DNA of 64,000 bases, from NCBI GenBank assembly GCA_044892505.1, contig CM097882.1, forward strand, positions 488,436,001-488,500,000. Reading direction: 5' to 3'. Positions 13,312 to 28,000 of the stretch are shown piece by piece; the stretch's first letter is position 1; each line of letters starts with the position of its first letter. A program made the position numbers and the translations under genes. The notes under the pieces are model-generated. The model was not told the origin of the DNA. It saw only the letters and a program-made list of their open reading frames with translations, and did no database searches. The stretch comes from Schmidtea nova. Taxonomy: Eukaryota.

Positions 13312-15509
13312 CAATATCCTCATTAATATTAGAATTACAAATGCCTCAGTGTTTTAATATTCAGAATTAAACGTGGAAATTTTGAAATTGTTATAAAATT
13401 TAATAAATATTAATGGAAGAAGAGTTGAATTTAATTGCTTCTAACAAACATTATTGGATAATAAACTTACACTACCTATTACTACAAAACGCGCAAAAGT
13501 TGACTGATGAAGCTTATCAATATTTTGAAATTTAAAACGCAAATCTTTAAGTAGATTGTTATAACATAAAACATCTCATTTGGAAAATTTTAAAGTGGTT
13601 AATAAGACGCTGTTCTGAATCAATCTTGTCGTTTTTTATTGGTGCGTCGGCCAAAATTGTGAATCGAATGCAAAAGTCTACGAAAACTTTAATTTGGTTC
13701 TACGCATGACTACATAATTTCATTGAGAACTTCACAGTAAATTTACAAGAAAGAGAAAGAAACAATACTACTTGGATTTATTGTTTCTGACACGCATTCA
13801 TCTGAAAACTTTTATTCAAGAAGAGAGCGAAAAATAGAAGTACTTATTTTTATATAGGCTATCACTAATGTAATGAAACTTTAATTATTCAGATAAATTG
13901 ACATGATGGGGAATCTTGAAAACCAGATATACGGATCAACAGCGTTTTCTATAAAATATACTTTAACCCAGCGGTTTGCAAACTGTGGGTCGCGTAATAC
14001 CCTCAAGTGGAGTCGTGAAGTTGCCATTCGTAACATCATATTTATGCGAAGCTGGATTTTCTGCTTTAGCTGCCATTAAATCGTTTAATAGCGGAAAAAT
14101 AACTTCGGGTGGCTATTTCAACAATAACACCACGATTTAAGAAACTTTGCTAACAAACAAGCTTTACATTAATTTTTTTTATAAATACATACTAAACTTT
14201 TATTAATTTTTGTTGTTTTATTCTATGAATACATTACTTATATTATTTTATTGTTTTATGTAATAAGGGACTGCTAATTTTTTATTTTTTTCTATTGTGG
14301 GTCCCAGTTTCATAAATTTTGGAAATCGCTGCTTTAACCTCTCTTTTTATGTTTTTTTTGTAATATTTCTGTTGATAACAATATCATTTAATTCTCTTCT
14401 TGTTCCTTTTTATATTTGATATACTAGATGCAGCAAATATTTTATACATTTTCAATTATATCTTGGAATGATACTGGTTTCTTCTTACATCTGACTACCA
14501 TTTTCAGTTTGTTATAATTTGCATATTTTAGCTTTATTTGATGAAATATCCATAAAACTAAAGTAAATTTCGATAAGTGTCACAAGGAGTGAATCAATTT
14601 GTTTTATAAAGAAATAACTAATAACTATTGACAGTTATAGAATATTAACGAATCAATTTTTTATTTATTATTTTGAGGGCTTAATTTATTCAGTAAGATA
14701 GCTATTGAGTGTGACACTTATCAAATGCGACACTTAGCGATAATTTACAGTATTTATTATGATTTTAAATTTCAAAAGGATTTTTTAAAATTAAGAATAT
14801 TTAAAAAAATCATAATTATCTTTTGGTTTCGCCTTTGATTTCATTTTATTTTTATCAATAATTTTCATAATTGTATGACTAGATCAAACGTTTTTTCTGT
14901 TTTGGGTTTTTTGGTTGTTAAGTATAAGATATTTTGGCACAGCCTTTATCAAAAGTGTATTTCCAAAAAAATAAAAAATTTTGATCTAGTCATACATTAT
15001 GAAAATTATTGATATAAATAATAAAAAAATAACAATTTTGACAATAGAATTTAAAATGTGCTTGGTTTATTGTTAAATATATATTTTATATCCGGTATAA
15101 ATTTTCAACACAGCTTTTTTCATAGTCGAAAAAACCCGCCAAAAATTCGTGTTGAATAAAAAAGCATAATATTAATCGATAGTCAAAAAAAATGAAGATT
15201 GAAAATTTTTTTATAGCAATAAAACGTTTTCATCCGCTTGTGTGACCATAATTTTAATTGTATATTTTAAGTTTAATTTAACCAAGCTAGTTACTATTAG
15301 TACTATAAGACATACGTTAGTTACTGAAACGCACTTTGAAAACCTTTGATGCACTCATTATATAAATTTATGAAGAAATTTATTTTCTTACAAATTGTAA
15401 ATACTTTTATCAATACCAGATATTAATTTCAACAGTTAAACTTTCAATTTTTCCATTACTCCGTTTAATTTAAATGTGAAACAAGTCCATTTGGGTATTA
15501 ACAAATTTT

Positions 15510-15560
<51 letters not shown>

Positions 15561-16004
15561 CGTCGAGAGACAAAACCGGGCCCAAGGAAAAACCTAAAAA
15601 AAATTCTTGGAGTCTATAAAAGTAAATAACAAAATAGTAGTTTCCTACACCTATACACTTAGTATGTGATGCCGAACCCAAGTTCATCCATAGGTGGCGA
15701 TGGGATAAAAATGGTATTACCCCTTTACTGCTCGCTAAGCAGATTCTATACCTCCCTCTTCCTTTCTCTCTCTTCTGTTCTCCTAGACATCCACCTTTAT
15801 TCTCTTCTTCTTTTCTATACTCCTTCTCTCAAACATCATCCCTTTCAATAATTGTTATTTGTTTAATTTATGTTAATTAGAATGTCAAAATAAGGGTGGA
15901 TAAATAGAAACAGCAAACGACGCGATGGACGGGCTAGGGCCCGATAAAATGTCTTGGGAGTCCGGGTCCAAGGAATTTTACCCCTTCTCCCCCCCCACTC
16001 GGCG

Positions 16005-16039
<35 letters not shown>

Positions 16040-19000
16040 AATTAATATATCAAATACCGATATCTGTCCATCCGTTGCTACCGACATATTATTTTATATA
16101 AATTCAAAAACATGTGACTGCTATTTGACGTCATTATATACAGAGGCAATTCTAAGGGGCGTCGCACATAGAGCCCGCCAGAGGCCACATCCAAAACTAA
16201 AACTATTAGCAAAAAAATTTGCAATTGTCGATAACACCAAAAAAAAAGAAAGACAAATATCTCGTCATTCTTTGTCAGTCAAATGTAATTTAGAAAGTCT
16301 TTTATTATTTTTTTCAAATGTTTTGCTTTTTGTTTACTAGAATATATCGTTATATTACGGATGTCAAATGTCATTAAAAATTTGCTTTTTTTCATTAAAT
16401 ATTTATTAATATTGTTTTGTTTTTTTCTTTTTTTTTAAATATATGATAAAAATACTTAGGCTGTCTAATAAGTTCCCGGAATATGTCATGCACACACACA
16501 TGCATACATATATACACGTAAATATTGTATTAGAATGAAGCCACCAATCAACTGCTTTGGCCAATCATACAGTCAAACTTTTATCCACTGTCTTCTCACT
16601 GTGACAGCCCATTATTTCTGCTAACACAGAGTACTGTGCACCGTTGACTCATTATGGATTTACAGAAAGAACATTTTCGTGCATACATTTACTTAGAAAT
16701 GCAACGCGGACGTAAAGCATGTGAAATATATCAGCAACTACAAGATACTCATCTGCATGTTCCTTCACAGACAACTGTATTCGAGTGGTACAAACGATTT
16801 AAAGAGGGAAGGCAATCTCTTGATGATGATCCAAGATGCGGGCGCCCAACCACGTCTTCAACCGCTGAAAATGTGCAGACTATCAAAGCTATTCTGGATG
16901 AAGAACCAAGGATATCTCTTAGAGCAGTGAGTGAATCGATTGGCTTGTCTAAAGATACTGTTAGACACATTTTTACAAATCAGCTTGGATTGCGAAAGAT
17001 CTGTTCCACATGGATTCCACATCACCTCTCAGAAGCGAACAAACGTGACAGGATTTTGTGTGCACAAAGCATCATCACCATATTTGAAAACCAGTCCATT
17101 GATTATTTGTTACACCATTGGGCGACAGAGGATGAGAGTTGGTTTCTGTATGAAACAGCACTGACGAAACAGCAGAATCAGGCATGGCGTCATCCCACAG
17201 AACCAAAACTCACTGTTGTCCGCCCAAAGCTCACAAACAAGAAAACTCTTCTCTTGCTGGCATTCACTGGTGATCAGAAGATAAGTGCAGACATTTGCTC
17301 TCCTGGACAGACTCTGAACTCAGAGCGTTATGTGGAATTTGTTCGTTCAACTGGGGAAAAATGGCGACATGTTCGCAGACATCCTAAAAAACTCACTGAA
17401 TTGTTGTGGCAACACGACAACGCACGCCCTCACACATCAAAAGAAACAATGGAATTCTTTCAGCATCGTGGAGTGACACTCATCAAACAAAGCCCCTATA
17501 GCCCTGACATGAATCAGTGTGATCGTTGGGTTTTCAAACACCTTAAACATTCATTTCGAGGGCAGAAATTCGTGGATGGTGATGAGGTGAAAGGAAGAGC
17601 GGTGCAGCTGCTCCGCGGTCTCACTGAAGAGAAGTTCCGTCAAGAATTGTTATCATTGTATGAACATTGTAAACTCGTTGTAATTAATCATGGTAATTAT
17701 GTAGTTTAAATGTAATATAGAAATGTTTGAAATTTTTCATACAAGTCAGTTTTTTTTTAACAATTCCGGGAACTTATTAGACAGCCCAAGTAAATCAAGG
17801 ATATTTTTTATTTGTAGAGACCATTTAATTTACAGGTTAAAGGCCCAATTTTTTTAACCGCCAGTGGCCCTGGCACAGTTAAAACCCCCTCTGATTATAT
17901 AGCTAGCCTTTAAAAAATATTATTGGATAATAATAAATTGATACTATCTATAACTACTAAACTCAAAAAAGTTGGCTTCTAGAGCTTTTCAAATATTTTT
18001 AAATTTTGAATTAATTAAAATTTAATTAATAAACTATTAAATGAAAACGATAATTTATTCAGGGTGCCAGGGATTCAGAGACAGAATGAGTCATTCTTTC
18101 CGCTATTCTTTTTTCCTTAGTGAATATGAGTTAACTTTCCAAGTGATTTTTGACATTTCGATGTTTCAGAAATGAACATGATCACAAAGGTGCTCTAGCA
18201 CGCAGTCCTCTATAGCACAGTTGTGATCATGGTCAAATTTAAATCATGAAAGTACCAGAAATCAATATGTCACTTATTGCATATTCACTACAATAAAACC
18301 AGAAATCTTGTCAACGGTGTCCATCAGAGAAGATCTGTATCATTTTTCAACGCTCAAAATCACAATTGCTTGATGTTAATCAGATAACAATTTATATTTT
18401 TATTACGTATATGTGATTATTGTGCAGTCTTGGTTTGACTATCAACCTTGCTAGTGTGTTTTTCTTTGCATGACATCATTCAAATTGAACACAACCCGTT
18501 ATCTAATCAATCGGCAATGAGTAAATAAACATAACCTTATTTTATGATCAGTCCATCGGCACTTTTTACAGGTTTGATTCTTTAGGTTTTACTTTATAAT
18601 GTATACCATCAACATCACCATAAACCGTTGAATTTGATTAGAGACTGATATTTTACAAGTTTATGCGTAGATTATTTTTCTTTTTTTCTGTGCGTTCAAT
18701 CTTTGTTTCTTTCTTTTTTGTTTCTATTCTTTTTCTCCCATTTATAAAATGATAATCTTGTCTATTCATTAGAAAGGTATATCTTTCATAAATGACAATT
18801 TTCAATTCTTTTGCATAGTGGTCTTTATACTTTTGATAAACAATTATAAATATTTTACTATACTACGCAACTAAATGTTTATGAATTTCTTACATGATAC
18901 AGGTGAGAGGCAAATAAACTCAAAACATGTATCCTATTAGAAATCACGTCGATTATCCTATTAGAAATCACGTCGATTATTACATTAAAAACTTAATTTT

Positions 19001-22000
19001 AATCAGTTAGTCATCCGAAAAACTTTAAATTATTTAGATTTATGTTTTACAAAGTGACATTTTTATAAAAATATTAAACTTCAGTTTACCTATATTCAGT
19101 ATTTTAAAAAATATTCAGTTACAGTAAAGCCTCCTACAACGCGATACTTCTACAACGCGTTTTCGCTACAACGCGATTTATAAATTACGACAATTTTTCT
19201 CACAAAGCTAGGTTTTTTCCACAACGCGATTTAAAAAAATGTACGTTTTAAAAAAATTACAGTGTATAAATACAGAAATGTGTGTGTATTTTGCAGTTAA
19301 AGTAAATTTAAGATGAAAAGAAGTTTTATTATACGTACATACATACATATTTTATTTTCTATACATGTGTATGTTAAAACAGGTAAGTAAGTTTAGATAT
19401 ATTTTTTTATAAATTAATTATAATATAATTATATGTTTTAGTTCTAATTTTTAAAAACGTGAATTATTTTGTTGAATTTTATTAATTTATTATAATTTTA
19501 TTGAAGACTTCCTAACCTAATCTTGAATATTAACTTATTAAAATTTCATTTTATTAATTTAAATGCAGTTTTTTATACTTGGAACCTAACCCCTTTTTAT
19601 CTATAGAGTTCATGTCTCTTACAACGCAACGTTTCCTAAGAACGTATCCCGTCGCGTTGTAGAAGGGTTGACTGAATATATTGTAAAAATCAATTATTCT
19701 TTTTATTATTATTCTTTTTTATTACTCTACTATTATTGACTAGTTCGTTGCCCACAGCTTGAAGCCGAATGTTTGTTCTTTATCATGGTATCGTAGGAAC
19801 AGTTGACAAATAGCTTACCATATATTCAACTCTTGTTGAAAAAGGATGAAGTTTATCCTTGGATTTATTCAAAAATGTATTCATATTATTGAAATAAAGT
19901 TTAAATATTATTTGTAATAAAAATATAGAAAAATTTAAATTATTTAAACAGTTTAAAAACTAAATTGGCCTAATAATAATATATATTTTCGTTCATAACT
20001 GACTGACTAACTGTGTACCGCTATTATAATTTTTATAGGAATAGTTTTTCAAGAGGCTTTTCATTAAAAATAATTTTTTGTCAAATATTTTTCATTGTTA
20101 TTCATTTGCATAATATTAGCAGAAATATTTCGAGTATATTAAATTAAAGTATTTTTTATTTTTCAACGGGCGCTTTACAACTAGCTTGTATAATATAATA
20201 ATTAATAATATCTAGTTCAAATTGTATAACCCTTTTAATTAATTTATGTCTATATAGTATAGTACAGCGTTTCTCAATCCTTTTACGATTATCGCCCATT
20301 TCCAATTGCTAAAAATTCAAATCGCCCACTAGTGGGCGATATCGCCCATGTTGGGAAACACTGGGGTAAAGTAGATGTAACTACATGTAAGGTGATGTGT
20401 GTGCATCATATATTGTTATACTATAAAGATTGACAAATTGAGGACAGAGGTATATATAGATGTAGGTCATTTATAGGACTTGTTTGTGGGTGTAAAATTT
20501 TAAGGCAAACAGTGGCAAAAAGGTTGACATATGTAAAAACAAAATGGCAAAACATCGCCCACCTAAAATTTCAAGTCGCCCAGGTTGGGAAACACTGGCA
20601 TAGTATTTACTGATAAATATATGACAGAATAGTTAATATAATTTACAATAATATTATATACACTATCCTTTTTATATAGTGCAATTATATATTTATTTTA
20701 ATTTACTTGTTTTAATTTACTGTGTTACTTACAGAAAGAAGGGAAAAATTGCTTTTTTTTATTATTAATTAACCTATTAATAACTTTAAAAATAATTATC
20801 ATTGTTTTATCAATTTATTATCGTTGTTTAATTTCCAAACCTATGCAAAACTTTTATGAATAATTGATGTGAAAATCCTCAAATAAATTATTCACATTTC
20901 CTTCTTTACTCTGACTGATCATGGAAATCTTGCACGATATAATTGTTAAATGTGCTCAAGAAATATTTATTAATTAGAATCTAATTATTAGATAATTATA
21001 ATTAATTGCCCTTAAATATTAGTGTTTTGGAACTAATAATATTTAATGATTTATTAGAGATTTATAAATTTCAAAAAAAATCGTAAAAAGTACATACGAA
21101 GGAGAGATTTAGAAATGTTGAATGCACTACGGTTGCTGAAAATAAGAATGGACGGATCTATTAGCACTACAAGACATCAATATTCCAAACGTAAAATCAC
21201 GTGACGACGAAAATAGATCTAAACGTGGCCAGCAAATGATAATAGAGGCACACGCACATAAGTAGAACATTAATTGCCAGCAAAGCAGAACCAATGAGTA
21301 TAAATAATTAAGGCTTCTGTACTTCCAGTTTATTGTAAATACAGTGGCTTTTAAAATATTTTTATTATTTAAATGTGATCAAGTATCAAGTGATTATCTG
21401 GTAAGTGATTAAGTGTCATGTTATTAATTCTCTTTGAACTCTACTACACATTCGCTTTTTCTGTAATTCTGTAACTATTAGCATGAAATAATAATATTAC
21501 ATTAAATATTTTATTCCACTCTCACTATTTTCATCTTCGTTTCTATTGCAAATGAATAAGTTATCTAGTGTTAAATTTTACAGGTGTTCGGATTTCTCTA
21601 AACAGGCACAAAATAAAATAAAAAGAACAAAAAACTGAGTGCAAATCGATAAAAATTAAATATATTTTGCGGGGGAAACAGCTATTAGGGGTGTTAAATA
21701 GTGAGACGAATCCAATTATAATAATATATTTAGTTATTATTAATATCAATAATTCCCATAAGAGATGACTAAAGATCAAAATTTCTTTAAATAAGTACAC
21801 TTATTATAAGTGTACTTTTTTAAAGAAATTTTGATCTATAGTCATCCATTATTGGAATTATTGATATTAATAATAAAAAAAGATCAAAGGTGAAAAAAGA
21901 TAATTATGATAATATTTAGTTATAACTATTAAATACAAACTAATTAAAAACTTAATTAAGTAATAATAAACCATAGTTCTATTAAATCCCGAGTCATTAT

Positions 22001-25000
22001 CAAAAATAATTAGGACGAATTGTGAGCTATAGAAAAACCCAAACAGTGTGGAGAGACCAAAATGAAAAATAAAATAATTAATTGCTTGGGATAAATCAAT
22101 AGAAATCCCGAGCAAAAGGAAAACCCGGAAGATAGGAAAACCCAAATTATGAATTATGATCAAATTTAAGACGGCTGTCAAGATCCAATTGCTAATTTTA
22201 AAGAATGATAGAGAGGTTAGATTGATCTAATTATTGAAATTTGAAGGAAATTACTATAAAAGCGGAAAGCAAACTCTAAAAAATTGCCAATTGGTCAAAA
22301 ATAGAAGTTGAACCGATCCAGTCAAAGAGTCTTCAGAGCAAATATAATGTTTATTATTCAGATAGTAATTAGAGACTAAGAGTGAAGTGTAGTTAAGAAA
22401 ATCAATCAGAAGAGAATATGAAAAGTGTTCCAGAAAAGTGGTCGCTAATTGGGTCACCTATCTTATTGCTTTCTCCTGAAATGTGCAGACAAAATTTAAA
22501 GTGTTATAATGACAGTGATTGTAGTAAAATTTAAATAACTTTATTGTGTTGGGTCTTGTTATATTTTAAAACAAATATCACGTCGAATAAGAATTTTGAT
22601 ACTGACTTTTATAAATAATCCAACACAGCTATATTTCAAAATCTTCATAAAATATTAATTATTATTAATATTTAAAAGGTTTTTTCTATAGAATATATAT
22701 ATGTGTGTGTGTGTGTGATTTAATCAAAAAAGTTTACTAACTTTGATTTCGGGAAATTTTTCTGAATAATTTTCGAATTCCGGTAGAATATTATTTTTGT
22801 ACTCATCAATGAAAAGCCGCCACATTTTTATAGATTGCTGTAATAAATATAGTATTATATATTATATAATGATACTAATATCATAATTATTTCAGATCTT
22901 GAAAATTCTAAATAAATTGTTCCTAAATATTGTGTGTCGTGACATTTCTAGACCCCTTCCTCATTAGCACGGTAATCAAGTTCTAAATTATTCCAAGGAG
23001 GTGGGGTATATAAAATGGAGTCACGATATCTCAGCTTAAATCCCATTCAAGAATCCGGTTTATCGGTAAAGTACAGCGTAAACAAATGCTTAAATATAAA
23101 CGTAAACGGCTTTATTAATATCAGAAAGCCGTTACCAATGTCCGGTCAACTTGGAAATCGTATCAAGAAGCAGTATTACAACAGTGTAAATTATATATTC
23201 ATATAGGGGGTTTTCAGAAATAATAGTCCTTTTTTCATTAAATACAAATAAAATACAAATAAAATACAAATAAAATACATACAATATATTAAAATACAAT
23301 ATACTAGATATTTAACTATCAATTTCCTTCATCAAAGGGATTTCGAAATGTACTTTCTCATGTTTCTGGAATAACCCTAAAAATCGCAAAGTGAAAAGTA
23401 AATTGGTTGCTTGAATCACGTATTTCCTAAACTCTTCTTCACCAACAAGCCTCATAAACGTCACAGTACTCTTCTGTTTTGAAAATAGCTATCGAACAAT
23501 TTTTAAAGGGACCCGATGAAGGAAATTTTTAAAATTTGAGAACCGCTGGTCTATAGTTATAAAATTATTAATATGAAAATTATTGAATTAAAAAAGAAAT
23601 AGATACATTATGTTCAAATTTTCAAATGATTATTAAAATTAATTCATAAAAAAATAAAAAAACTGTTTGTTTACCGCTAAACATTTATAATTATTACATT
23701 CTTATTAGAAAAATGCAATATTATTAAAAATGCTAAAAAAAATAAGGTCATCTGTAGTGCACAGCTAACAAAGCCCTATTTACTGCCTTGCATGCACACA
23801 ATTATTAACAACGAGAAAATTATGTATACTAATAAATACATAAAAATATTATTCTTTTATTGTCCTTGTAATTAATGTAAAAATACATGTGCAAATATTT
23901 TTCCGATTTTTTTTGAAAATTCAATAATAATTTTAAAAAAATCAGTGAAGACCTTGTTCTGAAATTAAAGGTTAACTGCATTTTTTTATAATCAAGTTTA
24001 AAAAAAATTTTAAAATATAATCACAATCGAAAACATTTATCACGCGGATTCCTTATTATATTTTTTTAAAAAACATTTGTAATTTTAAAATCGGATTTTT
24101 GAAAAGATCATAACAATTACGAAATAATTTTTGATTAAGAGATAAATAAATTAAAATTCGAGGACAAAAAATACACAATCAATCAGAGGGTTATGTAATA
24201 AACGATAAGAACAAACCTGACAAGACTGATGAAACTCGGAGTTTCCAAGCCAATCTGGTTCGTACAAATTTCTAAAGCATGTGTAGAGGTTGTCCATGAT
24301 TGTTGTCAAGTCTGTAATTAGTTAAAAAGTAAACATTGAGTTTAATGAATTTATAAAAATTTTTGTTTACTCTTAATTTCTTGCACAAAATCAGCGAGGT
24401 TTTTACGTAGGTTTTTCATGTCTTCCTAAAAATAATATTCCATTTAAAAAAAAAATATTTTATTACTTTAATAATCACAATGATAAAAATAATAATCATA
24501 ATAATTGTAGTANNNNNNNNNNNNNNNNNNNNNNNNNNNNNNNNNNNNNNNNNNNNNNNNNNNNNNNNNNNNNNNNNNNNNNNNNNNNNNNNNNNNNNNN
24601 NNNNNNNNNNNNNNNNNNNNNNNNNNNNNNNNNNNNNNNNNNNNNNNNNNNNNNNNNNNNNNNNNNNNNNNNNNNNNNNNNGTGTGAGATGTAAATAATA
24701 TGATTAATAATGAATCTGACTTTAAGTGAATCACGTTCATATACATTAAATAGTCTAATTATTTATATAATTGTTTATTATTTCGTTTTCATTACTATAA
24801 AAGTTTTCATTTTTTCCCATTTTGGGGAAATTTACAGCATATATCCCTGGCCATGATCTACGGCATCGCAATTGTTCGAATCAACACCGAGACATTTAGT
24901 TTACAAATTTGCTTAAAATGGAATAATATCTGATTTACAAAGTGCTTTACCAAAAACGTGCCACTAGAGACTGATAATTTTAAAAAATTTAAAAGAGCCA

Positions 25001-28000
25001 TGTGATTATTTGTGTCAATGAACACCGGCTTTGGAAGGACTAGAGATAGAACAGTGAATGTTACATTTTGAGTTAGAAAAATATTTCGGCATTTTATTTT
25101 AAAAGTGTGAAAAGTCCATTATTTGTAAAATTAAAGATTTAAAGATTTGCGTTTTAAAAAATGTAAAAATATCGATTAGTGCCAGCCGTCAACTTCTGTG
25201 TGTTTCGTAGTTATAGATAATACAAATTTATGATCCAATGTTTATTGAAGATGTCGGAAGAAAATAAAAATTTTGCTACATATTTGAAATCGTATAAGGA
25301 TTATGGTGAGTACTCGGTCCTGTATGAACACGTAAGGACGGCGATAAACGAAGGATGCTCCATAAATTCATAGAAATATAAAATGACAGATGCTACATTT
25401 ATTCATGAGGTACCTCTACATTGTTCCAGTCATAAACGTCACATAAACTCTGATCTATTACGCATTCAATAACAAATTTGAAAACAAAATATCCGTGATA
25501 TTTTTAATAAAAATAGATTAAAATAATCACGTTTTCACTCTGCGTCATAGAAAATATGTTGATTTGCACTTATTTGTCTAAAATTGAAAGTTTCATTTGG
25601 TCTCTTTTATGGCGAAGTTGAAGAGAATGAGAGTACCTTTACTCACCTGCAATAGTTCAGCTGGATTCCGAAATCAATTTTCGACCCCAGATTCATATTC
25701 CGAGAAAGAAAATTACTCTAATTTCAATTTAATGGTTTGAAAGAAAAAGAAATTATGCATTTCAGGATTAATAGATGAGAAAATATTTTTAACAATTGAA
25801 GGGGAAAATATTATGGATAAATAAAAACTTAATTTACGACTATAAATCCTTGGATTAAATGCCTATTTTTGGCAATGCTCTTTTTAAGAGTAAACATGAA
25901 TCAGGCAGTGACAAAAATTAAATACGGTGTACCGCTTAATAATGGGGAGGCTTGAATAGATGAAGATTACACATGTTGAGATATATATATATATATATAT
26001 AGGCGCGCACCAATGGGGACTCACGGGCTCAAGTACCCCCAAGACCATAAAAAATCAGTAAATTTATTGTGACGATTGCCAAATTTTATTGAGCAAAATT
26101 ATCTAAATTATTAACTAGAAACGATAACAATTGCGTTCTACAATGGATGAAAACCGATTAAATGGCTTTACTTTAATGAATGCCACTAAGTTAACTTAAA
26201 TGTAGAAGATATACTAATTGAATTGTCAAAACATAAACGAAAAATGAATATAAATATTTAATCTCAATTTTATTATTTGTATACTCTATCGCATATGAAA
26301 ATTAATTAAAGTAATCAAAATATATGTATGAATATATTCCCCTTCCTATACAAAATAACTATAAAAGTACTTGATATTTTATTTTAATCATGTATTATAT
26401 ATTAAAAATATTCAAATTTCTTCTTATAAAGTTGAGCCCCCCCCCCCAAGTGAAAATCATGTGTGTACGCTTGTATATACATATATATGTGTGTGTGTGT
26501 TTGATTTGACAGGTATGCTATTTTGTTGTGTTGACAACAAGCTTTATAACTTAATGGCAAATTTTCTGAAGGTGTTAGCATCATGAATATTTTTGTGCTT
26601 AGAAATGTCGAATTTCGGGTCAAAAAAAGCATTTGCCGTTAATTTAAATTCATTACCTTATTTTGAAGTTCACTGCTAGGGAAGGTTATCGTATATTTCG
26701 AGAAGCTTATGGTGAACATGCTATATCTGAAGATACTTGTGAACACTAGTTTAAACGCTTTAAAAATTGTGGTTTCTATGTGAAAGACAAAGAACATCTA
26801 GGTTAATCGAAAAAGTTTAAAGACCAACAACTTCAAGCATCATTGGATGAAGATGTGTGTCAAACTCAAAAACAAACTTGCGTAAAGATTAAATGTTGCT
26901 CAGCAAATAATTTTCTATAGTTCATAGAAATTGGTAAGATTATGAAGGAATTAAAATGGGTGCCCAATCAACTGTATGAAAGACAAATTGAAAACTGGAA
27001 AGTCATCAGTGAGATGTTGTTTCAACGGCACGAAAGGAAATATTTTTTTTCCGCAAAAAATTGTGATTTATTTACAGAATCCCAAATACATAAAATCATG
27101 GGCTTGTCCAGATCAACCATCTACATCGACTGCAAAATCAAGTCACTTCGGAAAGAAGAAAATGTTCTACGTTTGGTGGGATCAGAAAGGTATAGTGTAT
27201 TATGAATTTTTAAAACCAGATGAAATCTTTAATACTGATCACTATTAATTTGAACCACGCTTTGATCGAAAAACAACCAGAATGGGCTAAAAGACACGGC
27301 AATGTAATCTTGCTTCATGATAACACACAATCACACACTTCAAAAGAAGTTAAAGATATATTAAAGGATCTTGCATTGGAAGTATTAACCGACCAATCGT
27401 ATTCACCAGACCTTGCTCCTTCAGATTAACCCTTGTTCTAATCCATGGCCCGCTTATTATCTAAGCGGCACTTAAAACCGTACAAAGCCTTTGAATAGTT
27501 TGCTTCAAAACAAAAAAAAGCTCTATTTGGGACGATGTCCACAAATTAATTGAAAGGTTGGGCAAATGTGTATTATTAGCCGGTACATCTATTAAATGTA
27601 GAAGAATGAAAATTATAAAAAACTGTAATTATATTAAAAGAGAAATCTCTGTTCTTTACCGCGATATTTATTTATTATTTACACATTATATGGTTAACTA
27701 AACGAATAATTTTATAATAAGCTTATAAAATTTCATTGAAATCAAAATTTAAGTGACATCCTGATTGGTTAAATTCATTATAATTAACCGGATATCCTGA
27801 ATGAAGCCAAAAATCACATCGCACAATTATGAAAAATCGGCATGCTTAATAAACTGAATTTGAAATTATTATAAATCGTAATTTAAAAAAATAAAATAAC
27901 TTATGAAATTTCCTATATAATAATATTGACTGTCCTAACCTTTCCTAGAAGCCGTGAAGTAACTCATCTTCAACTTAATCCAATAGGCCACGTCTTTTAC

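Larger units (their letters stand above)
9172..13446 (+). mobile_element. Ty3/Gypsy LTR retrotransposon with both LTRs, 5-bp TSD and an internal inversion/deletion
   Basis: LTRs 9172-9428 and 13161-13446 (TG...CA, each with a (TA)n tract); TSD AACAT at 9167-71 and 13447-51; PBS-like TGGCGAC at 9429; PPT AAGAAGGGGGAAG ending at 13160. gag, RNase H and integrase on +; protease and RT on -. Confidence 0.95.
16141..17893. mobile_element. hAT-like MITE (~415 bp) split by a nested mariner
   Basis: Ends CAGAGGCAATTCTAAGGGG / TTAAAACCCCCTCTG; 8-bp TSD ATTATATA at 16133-40 and 17894-901. Confidence 0.8.

Noticed and set aside
15436-16340. ORFs containing YIYIYI runs (also 35764, 36133, 36438)
   Set aside because: Translation of (TA)n microsatellites and MITE DNA.
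19820-19885. Exon-like MNTFLNKSKDKLHPFSTRVEYM with GTAAGC donor as an Amph exon
   Set aside because: No acceptor upstream, and the BAR exon set is already complete without it.
25210-25305. Plus-strand exon-like segment with GTGAGT donor (nested gene)
   Set aside because: A single short segment with no recognisable homology or partner exons.
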